From NCBI GenBank assembly GCA_905182305.1, contig CAJJBB010000001.1:39326-103325 (forward strand): 64,000 nt of DNA, written 5' to 3'. The position numbers and the translations under genes are program-made. A model generated the notes under the pieces. The model was not told the DNA's origin and did not search any database. It worked only from the letters and a program-made list of their open reading frames with translations. Below, piece by piece: positions 29,037 through 37,960 of the stretch. Every line of letters begins with the position of its first letter. Position 1 is the first letter of the stretch. This DNA comes from Flavobacteria bacterium MS024-2A (lineage in GTDB: Bacteria; Bacteroidota; Bacteroidia; Flavobacteriales; Flavobacteriaceae).

Positions 29037-29703
29037 TTTTAGTATTTAAAAAGAAGGGAAGTATTTCCAGGACCCATCTAGAATATTGAGCACCACTTGG
29101 GTGAAGTCCGTCTTTAGCAATCCAATCAGGGTAATCAGAAGCCTTTCTTGAGAGCGGTGTTATATCAATAAATTGAACATTTTCTTGAGCACAAAGTTCA
29201 TAAATAACCTGATTAAAAGCATCAATTTCTGCAGCAATTTTTTGAACGTCCTTATCTGTAGCATATGGCATAGCACCCCAATCAGGAATAGACACCACAA
29301 AAATACGCTCTTTTCTATTACCACTAAAGACAATTGCTTGACTTAGAAGTTTATAAAATTTGCTTTCAAATTCTTCAATACTTTTTCCTCGATATTGATT
29401 ATTAAAACCTATTAGTAAAGAGACCCAATCATATGGATAATTTAATGGTGCTAGATTAATCCCCTCTTGAAGTTCATCAGTGGTCCAACCTGTTTTAGCT
29501 ATAATTTCCGGAGAATTTAAAAAAATATTTTCGTTGGCTAAAGAAGCAACGAGCTGATCAGGCCATCTTTCTGATTTGGAAATACTTTCACCAATAGTAT
29601 AGCCATCACCTAGGGCTAAATAACTTTGTTTAGAAATTTCTTTTTCACAACGTAAAAAGATTAAAAAAAGAAAACAAATACCAAAACGACATATATATTT
29701 CAT
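29029..29703 (-). CDS. SGNH/GDSL-type hydrolase (lipoprotein or secreted)
   Basis: 224 aa with a signal peptide. Block I is LALGDGYTIGES, block V is DGLHPS. Overlaps the kynU start by 8 nt. Confidence 0.75.
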   Translation of the reverse strand: MKYICRFGICFLFLIFLRCEKEISKQSYLALGDGYTIGESISKSERWPDQLVASLANENIFLNSPEIIAKTGWTTDELQEGINLAPLNYPYDWVSLLIGFNNQYRGKSIEEFESKFYKLLSQAIVFSGNRKERIFVVSIPDWGAMPYATDKDVQKIAAEIDAFNQVIYELCAQENVQFIDITPLSRKASDYPDWIAKDGLHPSGAQYSRWVLEILPFFLNTKND

Positions 29704-29852
29704 AAAATCTAATTTACAATTAGAAAAGACATAAATTTATTCAATACATCTATACAAACGAAGGTATTAAAATTTTAAAACTTAATACCCTTGGTTATTT
29801 TTACCTTTTGCAAAATCATAATAATTTAAACCTTTTAAAATTCTAATTTAAT

Positions 29853-30662
29853 ATGCGTTCTATTTTACTTTTAATACTTCCTTTTTTAGGTTTTTCACAA
29901 GTATCCTATACCACTATCCAGCTAGCGAAGGATTTAATAGAAACCTCAGGTTTAGAAGTATATGGAGAAAATCTTATCACCCATAATGATTCTGGTGACA
30001 AGTCAAAACTATATGTATTTAACCCTAAAGGAAAATTGATTAAAAGTGTTCGTTTTCACGATATTAAAAATAAAGATTGGGAGGATATTGCTGCAGACGA
30101 AGACCATTATTATATTGCAGATACAGGAAATAATTCTGGAAATAGAAAAAACTTAATAATATATATCCTTACCAAAGAATTAATAGTTAAAGGGGAAATA
30201 TCCATTAGTTATAGTGCTCAAAAAGACTTTACTAAAAGAGCCTTGAATAGTTTTGATGCTGAGGCATTAACAGTTGTAGGTGATTCTTTAGTATTATTTT
30301 CAAAAAACAGGCTTACACAACAATCTGAACTTTATACTTTTCCTAAAAAGGCAGGAGATTATGTTTTAAGTCCCTCAGCTATATTAAAAGTAGAATCATT
30401 AATCACTGCTGCTGATTATAATCAAACACATGATTTGCTAGCCCTTACAGGATACAATTTTAAAGGGGAACAGTTTTTTTATACAGCTTCAAATTTTATA
30501 AAAAATGGATGGAATTCAATTATTCTTAAAAAGTATTTAATTCCTATTGAAAAGGCTCAAATTGAAGCTGTAAAAATTCAAGATATTTCAAATTTTTGGC
30601 TTACTTCGGAAGGAGAAAAAAATGGTTTTGCAAGACTCATAGATTTGAAAGTTACCCAGTAA
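29853..30662 (+). CDS. Hypothetical secreted protein, possibly a beta-propeller (SdiA-regulated/phytase-like)
   Basis: 269 aa with a signal peptide. ETSGLEVYGENLITHNDSGD and DWEDIAADEDHYYIADTGNN resemble propeller blades. The assignment is tentative. Confidence 0.5.
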   Translation: MRSILLLILPFLGFSQVSYTTIQLAKDLIETSGLEVYGENLITHNDSGDKSKLYVFNPKGKLIKSVRFHDIKNKDWEDIAADEDHYYIADTGNNSGNRKNLIIYILTKELIVKGEISISYSAQKDFTKRALNSFDAEALTVVGDSLVLFSKNRLTQQSELYTFPKKAGDYVLSPSAILKVESLITAADYNQTHDLLALTGYNFKGEQFFYTASNFIKNGWNSIILKKYLIPIEKAQIEAVKIQDISNFWLTSEGEKNGFARLIDLKVTQ

Positions 30663-30771
30663 AAACAACATAAGATTTTTATTCTTTAACTATAACCAGG
30701 TTAGTAAAACTTCACTAATTTTTTATTAATTTGGTAAAACAAATTCTAATTATTCCATATCAGACTCGTTT

Positions 30772-33700
30772 ATGAAAACAATTGCTAATTTTCTCATTAT
30801 TCTGTTGCTTAGTACCTCTAGTTCTTTTAGTCAGAAAAACAAGAAATCTAACCAAAAGCAGGACGCATCTTCTTTGAAATTCAATAATCTTAAATGGCGG
30901 AATATTGGTCCTTTTAGGGGTGGAAGAAGTGTCACTTCTACAGGAGTTTATAATGCTCCGGCTACCTTTTACATGGGCACAACAGGTGGAGGTGTATGGA
31001 AAACGGATGACAATGGTATACATTGGAAAAATATATCTGATGGGTTTTTAAAAACAGGAACTGTAGGAGCAATAGCAGTTTCAGAAAGTGACCCTAATAT
31101 TGTTGTTGTTGGAATGGGAGAGCATGCTGCTCGAGGGGTTATGTCCTCAATGGGAGATGGGGTTTATAAATCCGATGATGCCGGTACAACATGGAAACAT
31201 TTTGGATTAGATAATTCAAGACATATTTCGAATATTCAGATTCATCCAACACAACCTGATATTATTTTTGCTGCTGTACAAGGTGCACAATATGGCACTA
31301 GTGAAGACCGTGGAATCTATAGAACTTTAAACGGAGGTAAAACTTGGAGTAAAGTACTTTACGTTAATGATACGGTAGGAGCAGCCTCTTTAAGCATGGA
31401 CATGAATAATCCACGAATTCTTTATGCTGCACTTTGGGATCATGCACGTTCTCCCTGGCAAATGCGATCTGGTGGCCCAGGCTCTGGAATATATAAGTCT
31501 ACAGATGGTGGGAATCATTGGGATAAGCTAGAAAAAGGCCTTCCTAAAGTTATTGGAAAAGCAGGAATTTCAGTATCTAGAGCCAATTCATCCATAGTTT
31601 ATATCAATGTTGAAGCTGAAGGAGAAGCATCAGGGGTATATCGTTCAGATAATGGAGGATCACTTTGGAAACAGGTTAATAAAAATAGGATAGCTGTTGC
31701 TAGATCATGGTATTATATGGAAGTATTTGCTGACCCTCAAAATGAAAATATTGTTTATGTTCTTAATGCGCCTGCATTGAAATCTATAGATAAGGGAAAA
31801 ACATTTCAACCTATGGGAACACCTCATGGAGACAATCATGAATTATGGATCCATCCCAAAAACAATCAAATCATGATTAATTCAAATGATGGAGGCGCAA
31901 ATGTTTCAACTAATGGAGGAAAAAGTTGGAGCACCCAGCAAAACCAGCCAACAGCTCAGTTTTATCGTGTAATTGCAGATAAGCAAGTCCCTTATCATGT
32001 ATACGGAGGGCAACAAGATAATTCAGCCATTGGTATAAAAAGCAGAACTAATGACAGAGGAATAGATTGGAAAGATTGGTATTCAGTAGCTGGTTGTGAA
32101 AGTGCCTTTTTGGCTTTTGATCCAGAAAATCCAGATCAAGTTTATGGGGGTTGTTATCAAGGGATTATTGAGCGTTGGCAACGAAAAACAGGTTCTGGAA
32201 AAGAAATTAAAGAATACCCAGAATTGGCACTGGGGAATGTTCCAAAAGATTTTAAATATAGGTTTAATTGGAATGCTCCAATTATTAGTGCCCCATCTGA
32301 TTCCAATATAATTTATCACGCAGGGAATGTAGTTTTTAAAACCCAAAATGGTGGAATTGACTGGGAGGTAATAAGCCCAGATTTAACTAGAAATAACGCT
32401 GCTCAGCAAGTTCCCGGTGGTATACCTTTTACGAACGAAGCAGCTGGGGGAGAAAATTACAATACTTTAATGAGTCTTGTGGCGTCGCCTCATGACCCAA
32501 ATGTTCTATGGACAGGAAGTGATGATGGTTTGATTCACATTACACAAGATGGAGGTTCTACATGGACAAATGTTACTCCAAAAAAGATGGAAGAGGGTAT
32601 TATAAATAGTATTGAAGTTTCCCCACATGATCCAGCAAAAGCGTATGCTGTATTGATGCGATATAAATTCATGGACCTCACATCTTACATATATAAAACA
32701 GAAGATTATGGGAGGCATTGGGAATTAATTACTGCAGGAATTGAAGGAGCACATACTTTTACTAGAGTGGTTCGAGAAGACAAAAAAATATCAGGATTAT
32801 TATATGCAGGAACTGAGACTGGAGTCTATATTTCACATGATGATGGGAAACAATGGGATGTTTTTAAAAGTAATTTACCCATTGTGCCAATTAATGATTT
32901 ACACATTCAAGACAATGATCTTATTGCTGCAACTGCAGGGCGTTCTTTTTGGATTTTGGATGATTTAAGTCCTCTACAAGAAGCCCTCAATATCAAAGAA
33001 CTTCATATTGTTAAACCTAAAAAATCTTACCGTTTGTTTTCAGGAAAAACAGCAAAGGGAAGTGCTCAAGGGACCAATCCGGTAAGTGGAATTTATATAG
33101 ACTATTATCTTCCTAAAAGAGTAGATTCGCTAATGCTAAAAATAGAAATTTTAGAAAATAATGAGGTCATTAGAACATATACTTCTAATAAGCCAAAAGA
33201 GTTTGTCTCCTGGCCCGGAGGACCCTCCCCAGAAATCAATTTACCACATAAAGAAGGATATAACAGGGTGCATTGGGATTTTAGAAGAGCTTCGATCCCT
33301 GCAGTAGATAAAGTATTTGTTTATGGAAGTTATGCAGGAAGTAGAGTTGCTCCGGGTGATTTTAAGATAAGATTGAGTTATGGTGAAGTCCAAAAAGAAA
33401 CCCAAATAACGCTCTTGCCAAATCCTAATATTGAGGCAACCACTGCAGATTTTGATGCACAACAAAAACTATTAATTCAGATAGATTCAGTCCTGCGTAA
33501 TATTCACTCTTCAGTAAATCATATGCGAACCGTTCAGTCTCAATTGCAATTTTATATTAAAACTCTGAAAGGTAAACAGACATATGTGCCATTGATTAAA
33601 AAAGCAAAAGCTATAGAAAAAAAGCTGGTAGATTGGGAGATTAATTTAATTCAGCCAAATCAAAAAACATTTCAAGATGTAATTAATTTTAACAATAAGT

Positions 33701-33915
33701 TAAATGCTGAATGGATGTATTTAAAAGGTTTTGTTGATTCAGAATTTCCAAAAGTAACACAGGGATCAAAAGATAGATTTAAAGATTTATTGGCCAAATG
33801 GAAAATTCATCAGAAGGAATTAACAGTTTTAATTGAGAATGAATTTAGTGCTTTTGAAACATTGTTTAAATCGATGGAAGTACCTGCTTTATTAATTCCT
33901 GAATTAATAGATTAA
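30772..33915 (+). CDS. Large secreted BNR/Asp-box, sortilin (VPS10)-like repeat protein
   Basis: 1047 aa with a signal peptide. Has many Asp-box-like repeats (SxDxGxTW: KSDDAGTTW, TLNGGKTW, STDGGNHW, SDNGGSLW, STNGGKSW, TQDGGSTW, TEDYGRHW, SHDDGKQW). Confidence 0.8.
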   Translation: MKTIANFLIILLLSTSSSFSQKNKKSNQKQDASSLKFNNLKWRNIGPFRGGRSVTSTGVYNAPATFYMGTTGGGVWKTDDNGIHWKNISDGFLKTGTVGAIAVSESDPNIVVVGMGEHAARGVMSSMGDGVYKSDDAGTTWKHFGLDNSRHISNIQIHPTQPDIIFAAVQGAQYGTSEDRGIYRTLNGGKTWSKVLYVNDTVGAASLSMDMNNPRILYAALWDHARSPWQMRSGGPGSGIYKSTDGGNHWDKLEKGLPKVIGKAGISVSRANSSIVYINVEAEGEASGVYRSDNGGSLWKQVNKNRIAVARSWYYMEVFADPQNENIVYVLNAPALKSIDKGKTFQPMGTPHGDNHELWIHPKNNQIMINSNDGGANVSTNGGKSWSTQQNQPTAQFYRVIADKQVPYHVYGGQQDNSAIGIKSRTNDRGIDWKDWYSVAGCESAFLAFDPENPDQVYGGCYQGIIERWQRKTGSGKEIKEYPELALGNVPKDFKYRFNWNAPIISAPSDSNIIYHAGNVVFKTQNGGIDWEVISPDLTRNNAAQQVPGGIPFTNEAAGGENYNTLMSLVASPHDPNVLWTGSDDGLIHITQDGGSTWTNVTPKKMEEGIINSIEVSPHDPAKAYAVLMRYKFMDLTSYIYKTEDYGRHWELITAGIEGAHTFTRVVREDKKISGLLYAGTETGVYISHDDGKQWDVFKSNLPIVPINDLHIQDNDLIAATAGRSFWILDDLSPLQEALNIKELHIVKPKKSYRLFSGKTAKGSAQGTNPVSGIYIDYYLPKRVDSLMLKIEILENNEVIRTYTSNKPKEFVSWPGGPSPEINLPHKEGYNRVHWDFRRASIPAVDKVFVYGSYAGSRVAPGDFKIRLSYGEVQKETQITLLPNPNIEATTADFDAQQKLLIQIDSVLRNIHSSVNHMRTVQSQLQFYIKTLKGKQTYVPLIKKAKAIEKKLVDWEINLIQPNQKTFQDVINFNNKLNAEWMYLKGFVDSEFPKVTQGSKDRFKDLLAKWKIHQKELTVLIENEFSAFETLFKSMEVPALLIPELID

Positions 33916-33922
33916 AAATCAA

Positions 33923-34954
33923 ATGATTAATTTAAAAATCAATCTTCCATTACGTTTATGCCTTTTCCTTTTTTTAATTGGACTGCAAAACATTCTTTTG
34001 GCACAAGATATTTCCAGTTCAAAGGTTCTTAATTCTTTATATTTTGGATCATGTAACCGAACAGATTTAGATCCCAAAATTTGGGATACTATTACAAATC
34101 AAGATCCAGAAGTATGGGTATGGTTGGGAGATATAGTATATTCTGAAAAAGGAAGTATGAAGGATTTATCTGAAAAATATGCCCTTCAAAAGCAACTTCC
34201 TGCGTATAAAAAACTAGAAGAAAACACTACTATTCTTGGCGTTTGGGACGACCATGATTTTGGAGAAAATGATGCGGGAGCTAGCTTTTCAAAAAAGAAA
34301 GAAAGTAGGAAATTGCTTTTTGATTTTCTTGCAATACCAAAAAACCACCCTGCCCAAGAAAGGGAAGGTGCTTATCAAAGTTATTGTTTTGGAGGAGGTG
34401 CCCAAAAGGTTTGTTTATACCTTTTAGATGTCCGTTATTTTAAGGAAGATTATGAAAAAGACTCTAGTCCAAACCAACGATATAAAAAAAATAAAGGATT
34501 GCTTTTGGGGACCGATCAATGGAGTTGGTTAGAAAATGAACTTTCTGCCAATGACGCAACTATTAATTTATTTGCAGGTGGAATACAACTACTATCTGCT
34601 GAGCATCCTTATGAAAAATGGGCAAATTTTCCATTAGCTCAAAAAAGATTTTTTGATTTACTTACTAAATATTCAATTCAGACACCAATTTATTTAAGCG
34701 GTGATCGTCATATTGCTGAAGTGTCCTATCAGGAAATTAATCCAAATTATTGGATTTATGATATTACCTCGAGTGGATTAACGCATTCCTATGACTCCCT
34801 TGAGAACGAACCCAATCAACATAGGATAAGCCCTTTATTAACGATGTTAAATTTCGGAAAAATTGAAATAAATTGGGAAACACTTGAGCTACAAGCACAA
34901 ATTATAGATGTTGATGGAATTCCTCAATTTATTCAAAAAATTGCTATTCAATAA
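33923..34954 (+). CDS. PhoD-like metallophosphatase (alkaline phosphatase D family)
   Basis: 343 aa with a signal peptide. Carries WVWLGDIVY, WDDHDFGENDAG and GDRHIAE. Confidence 0.75.
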   Translation: MINLKINLPLRLCLFLFLIGLQNILLAQDISSSKVLNSLYFGSCNRTDLDPKIWDTITNQDPEVWVWLGDIVYSEKGSMKDLSEKYALQKQLPAYKKLEENTTILGVWDDHDFGENDAGASFSKKKESRKLLFDFLAIPKNHPAQEREGAYQSYCFGGGAQKVCLYLLDVRYFKEDYEKDSSPNQRYKKNKGLLLGTDQWSWLENELSANDATINLFAGGIQLLSAEHPYEKWANFPLAQKRFFDLLTKYSIQTPIYLSGDRHIAEVSYQEINPNYWIYDITSSGLTHSYDSLENEPNQHRISPLLTMLNFGKIEINWETLELQAQIIDVDGIPQFIQKIAIQ

Positions 34955-35003
34955 TTCATTATTATCTAAAGAGTTTTTTTAAATTTAGTTTACACAAAAC
35001 GTT

Positions 35004-36299
35004 ATGGAATATATATTTTTTGTTTTATCACTCATTAGTACCCTTTTGGTAGCATTCCTTTTTTTTAGGAAAAATACATCTAATACCTCAGATATTGAGA
35101 CAGTTTTTAAATTCGAACTCCAGAAAGAATTTTCATTAAACAGAGATGAGCTTTCAAAAAATTTGAAAGAAAACAGGAATGAATTCACCCAAAGCTTTGA
35201 ACGTTTAAATGAAACCTTATTAAAAAAGGCTAAGGATGACAGAGAAGAATTACGTAGAACCTTAAAAGATTTTGAAACCAGTTTTTCTAAGAGTGTGGAA
35301 TCTTTTAACACGACACAGAAAGAAAAATTTGATCAAATGAAATTAAAACAAGAAGAGATGATCAAAACTACTGAATTACGCTTAGAAAGAATGCGCGAAA
35401 CTGTTGATGAAAAACTTCACAAAACACTAGAAGAACGCTTAGGAAAATCTTTTGATTCGGTTTCAAAACAATTACTTGAGGTTCAAAAAGGATTGGGCGA
35501 AATGCAATCAATTGCTTCAGGAGTAGGTGATTTGAAAAGAGTGCTTACCAATGTAAAAACTAGAGGAGTTTTAGGTGAAATTCAATTGGGAAATATTTTG
35601 GAAGAAATAATGTCTCGAGATCAATATGAAACGAATGTAAAAACAAAAAAAGGTTCAGATGCTATTGTAGAATTTGCCATTAAACTTCCTGGAAGAAATG
35701 TGAATGACTCTCCTGTATTTTTACCAATAGATGCTAAGTTTCCGCAAGAAGATTATGCACGCCTTCAAACTGCATATGAAGTAGGTGATTCCCTTGCCGT
35801 AGAACAATCAATGAAAGCTTTATTATTAGCCATTAAAAAGTTTGCTAAAGACATTGCAAATAAATACATAGATCCACCAAATACTACTGACTTTGGAATT
35901 ATGTTCCTTCCTACAGAAGGACTTTTTGCTGAGGTAATAAGACAGCCAGACATGATTACATTTTTACAGCGAGAATATAAAATTGTGATAACAGGACCCA
36001 CAACTCTTGCAGCCATGTTAAATAGCTTGCAAATGGGTTTTAAAACATTAGCCATTCAAAAAAGAAGTAGTGAAGTTTGGAATGTTTTGGCTTCAGTTAA
36101 AAAAGAATTTAACACCTTCGGTGGGGTACTTGAAAAAGCTCAGAAAAAAATTAACGAAGCCAATAATGAGATAGAAAACTTGGTAGGTACTCGTACTCGT
36201 ATGATGCAATCTAAATTGAAAAATGTAGAGCAGTTGGAATTACCTACTGATGACTCGGAAAAAAATAATCTTCTTGATTATAGCGAAGATGAAATTTAA
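35004..36299 (+). CDS. rmuC: DNA recombination protein RmuC
   Basis: 431 aa with an N-terminal TM helix and a long coiled coil. The C-terminal nuclease-like core reads VEFAIKLPG...LPIDAKFPQEDY...MFLPTEGLFAE. Confidence 0.85.
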   Translation: MEYIFFVLSLISTLLVAFLFFRKNTSNTSDIETVFKFELQKEFSLNRDELSKNLKENRNEFTQSFERLNETLLKKAKDDREELRRTLKDFETSFSKSVESFNTTQKEKFDQMKLKQEEMIKTTELRLERMRETVDEKLHKTLEERLGKSFDSVSKQLLEVQKGLGEMQSIASGVGDLKRVLTNVKTRGVLGEIQLGNILEEIMSRDQYETNVKTKKGSDAIVEFAIKLPGRNVNDSPVFLPIDAKFPQEDYARLQTAYEVGDSLAVEQSMKALLLAIKKFAKDIANKYIDPPNTTDFGIMFLPTEGLFAEVIRQPDMITFLQREYKIVITGPTTLAAMLNSLQMGFKTLAIQKRSSEVWNVLASVKKEFNTFGGVLEKAQKKINEANNEIENLVGTRTRMMQSKLKNVEQLELPTDDSEKNNLLDYSEDEI

Positions 36300-36384
36300 A
36301 AGTATAAAATGATCTTTGGCTTTAAAAGATTAAAAAATGCGTGAATAAAATTTTTCACATTTTGTTATCTAATGCTTTTTTAAT

Positions 36385-36420
36385 AAAAAAAACCCTTAAT
36401 TATCGTAAGAAAACTAAGGG
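36385..36420 (-). terminator. Possible rho-independent terminator (minus strand)
   Basis: On the minus strand, a 6-bp stem CCCTTA/TAAGGG with a 16-nt loop is followed by T8. The stem is weak. Confidence 0.35.
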
Positions 36421-36433
36421 CTTATAAGTTAAA

Positions 36434-36458
36434 AGTGGTACCGCCAGAAATCAGACCA
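36434..36458 (-). repeat. Degenerate direct copy of the 3' end of tRNA-Phe (21 of 25 nt identical to 37055-37079)
   Basis: agtggtaccgccagaaatcagacca versus agtggtacctccaggaatcgaacca, in the same orientation, 621 nt apart (start to start). Confidence 0.7.
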
Positions 36459-36489
36459 TTAAAATAAACCCTGAAAATCAGACAGTTAT

Positions 36490-36517
36490 AAAAAAAATGG
36501 TACACATTGTGTACCAT
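36490..36517 (-). terminator. Rho-independent terminator (minus strand)
   Basis: Perfect 9-bp stem ATGGTACAC / GTGTACCAT with a 3-nt loop, followed on the minus strand by T8. It lies 88 nt downstream of the ORF ending at 36605. Confidence 0.75.
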
Positions 36518-36604
36518 GTGTATACTTTTCTATTTACTTGTTACTCACTTTAAGTGGGATGTTTAATTTGTCTTGAAATCTTTTTAAAATTGTATTAGAT
36601 GAAG

Positions 36605-36880
36605 CTAAGATGATTTAGGATTGAACTTTCCAAGAAAGTTCAATATTAAAAATGTAATTGAAAACACAGCAAAAAAGACTCCTAAGTATATATTTTCATT
36701 AAAATAAATTCTTCTCACACCAATAAACAAAAACAATAAACCATAAAAATAATTGAAAATAGTTCTGTATTTATTTTTCTTCTCTTGAGAGACCTTAATC
36801 AAAAGAATTGAGAAATGGTTCATAATAAACAATAGTGTGATTAAACCTAAAAATAAATAGATGAAAAACTCTTTATCCAT
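36605..36880 (-). CDS. Hypothetical small membrane protein (3 hydrophobic helices)
   Basis: 91 aa with no recognisable family. It overlaps by 34 nt an upstream hydrophobic ORF (36847-37086) that itself runs into the tRNA gene. The two could be one ORF split by a frame change within 36847-36910. Confidence 0.35.
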   Translation of the reverse strand: MDKEFFIYLFLGLITLLFIMNHFSILLIKVSQEKKNKYRTIFNYFYGLLFLFIGVRRIYFNENIYLGVFFAVFSITFLILNFLGKFNPKSS

Positions 36881-37056
36881 GTAATAAAAATAACAATAAA
36901 GAGACGAACTTCAAAGGGATTTTGACGTGTACCATAAAAATTTCTTAAGTAATTGAAAATTTGATGTTTAATCAAGTGGTTCGAGTACCAAAAAGTCATC
37001 AAAAACACAAAAATAAAAAACCCTAACCATTTATATAACAAATAGTTAGAGTTGAG

Positions 37057-37129
37057 TGGTACCTCCAGGAATCGAACCAGGGACACAAGGATTTTCAGTC
37101 CTTTGCTCTACCAACTGAGCTAAGGTACC
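37057..37129 (-). tRNA. tRNA-Phe (anticodon GAA)
   Basis: 73-nt cloverleaf read on the minus strand: acceptor GGTACCT/AGGTACC plus discriminator A, D arm GCTC-AGTTGGTA-GAGC, anticodon arm AAGGA-CTGAAAA-TCCTT, T arm CCTGG-TTCGATT-CCTGG (one U-U mismatch). No encoded CCA. Confidence 0.9.
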
Positions 37130-37146
37130 CCGCTTTTAAGCAAGTG

Positions 37147-37154
37147 CAAATATA
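37147..37154 (-). promoter_or_regulatory. -7 promoter box TATATTTG for tRNA-Phe
   Basis: Reverse complement of caaatata, 17 nt upstream of the mature tRNA 5' end. Confidence 0.5.
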
Positions 37155-37207
37155 AACGCCTTTTATCTTACACAAAAACATTTCTGTAGATTTTCTTCGT
37201 AATTTTA

Positions 37208-37231
37208 TAGATTAAATAGATTAAATAGATG
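37208..37231 (+). repeat. Tandem 9-mer tagattaaa x2.7 that includes the coaX start codon
   Basis: tagattaaa tagattaaa tagatg. The ATG at 37229 lies in the third, partial copy. Confidence 0.8.
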
Positions 37232-37960
37232 CAACTCATTATTGATATCGGTAATACACGCATTAAATACTATGTTTTCGATGGTAATATTATTTTAGAT
37301 TCTTTTTCAGAAGAATTAATCAATTGGGAAGTTTCGTTAAATAAAATCAAAAAATCTTATCCAGGCTTATCAAAAGCAATACTCTCAGATGTTAATGGTT
37401 CTTTTGAAAAACCACTTCAATTTGCATTGAAAAAATTTCAATGGTTTCGTTGCTCAATTGATTTAAAATTACCTTTTACAACACGCTATACCCCTTCGCT
37501 AGAGTTAGGAGAAGATCGTATTGCTTTATTGGCAGCTAGTGCATATTTATATCCAAAACAAGATGTTCTTGTCATTGATTTAGGAAGTTGCATAACCTAT
37601 GATTTATTGAATAGAGAGGCGGAACATCAAGGGGGATCAATTAGTCCAGGCTTTTCAACGCGTTATAAAAGTATGCATCGCTATTCAGGGAAACTACCTT
37701 TATTAATTCCAAAAAAAACAAAAGAAGACTTTGGGAGATCTACAGAAACAGCGCTTCATTCAGGAGTTTATAATGGAATCATAAATGAATTAAAAGGTGT
37801 GATTGAAGCTTATCAACTAAAATATGAGCATTTAACTATTATTTTAACAGGTGGAGATGCAGAAATGTTGCCAAAACCATTTAAAAATAGCATATTTGCC
37901 CATTCAAATTTCTTAGCTAAAGGTTTGAACCATATACTAGTAATGAATTCAATTCCATGA
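37229..37960 (+). CDS. coaX: Type III pantothenate kinase
   Basis: 243 aa. Carries LIIDIGNTRIKY (phosphate 1 motif) and the ASKHA-fold motifs VIDLGSCITYD and ILTGGDA. Confidence 0.88.
   Translation: MQLIIDIGNTRIKYYVFDGNIILDSFSEELINWEVSLNKIKKSYPGLSKAILSDVNGSFEKPLQFALKKFQWFRCSIDLKLPFTTRYTPSLELGEDRIALLAASAYLYPKQDVLVIDLGSCITYDLLNREAEHQGGSISPGFSTRYKSMHRYSGKLPLLIPKKTKEDFGRSTETALHSGVYNGIINELKGVIEAYQLKYEHLTIILTGGDAEMLPKPFKNSIFAHSNFLAKGLNHILVMNSIP

Noticed and set aside
36497-36517. A perfect palindrome ATGGTACAC-ATT-GTGTACCAT containing the same GGTAC core as the tRNA acceptor stem. I considered it as an att core or operator.
   Set aside because: On the minus strand it is followed directly by T8 and lies downstream of a minus-strand ORF, so an intrinsic terminator explains it fully.
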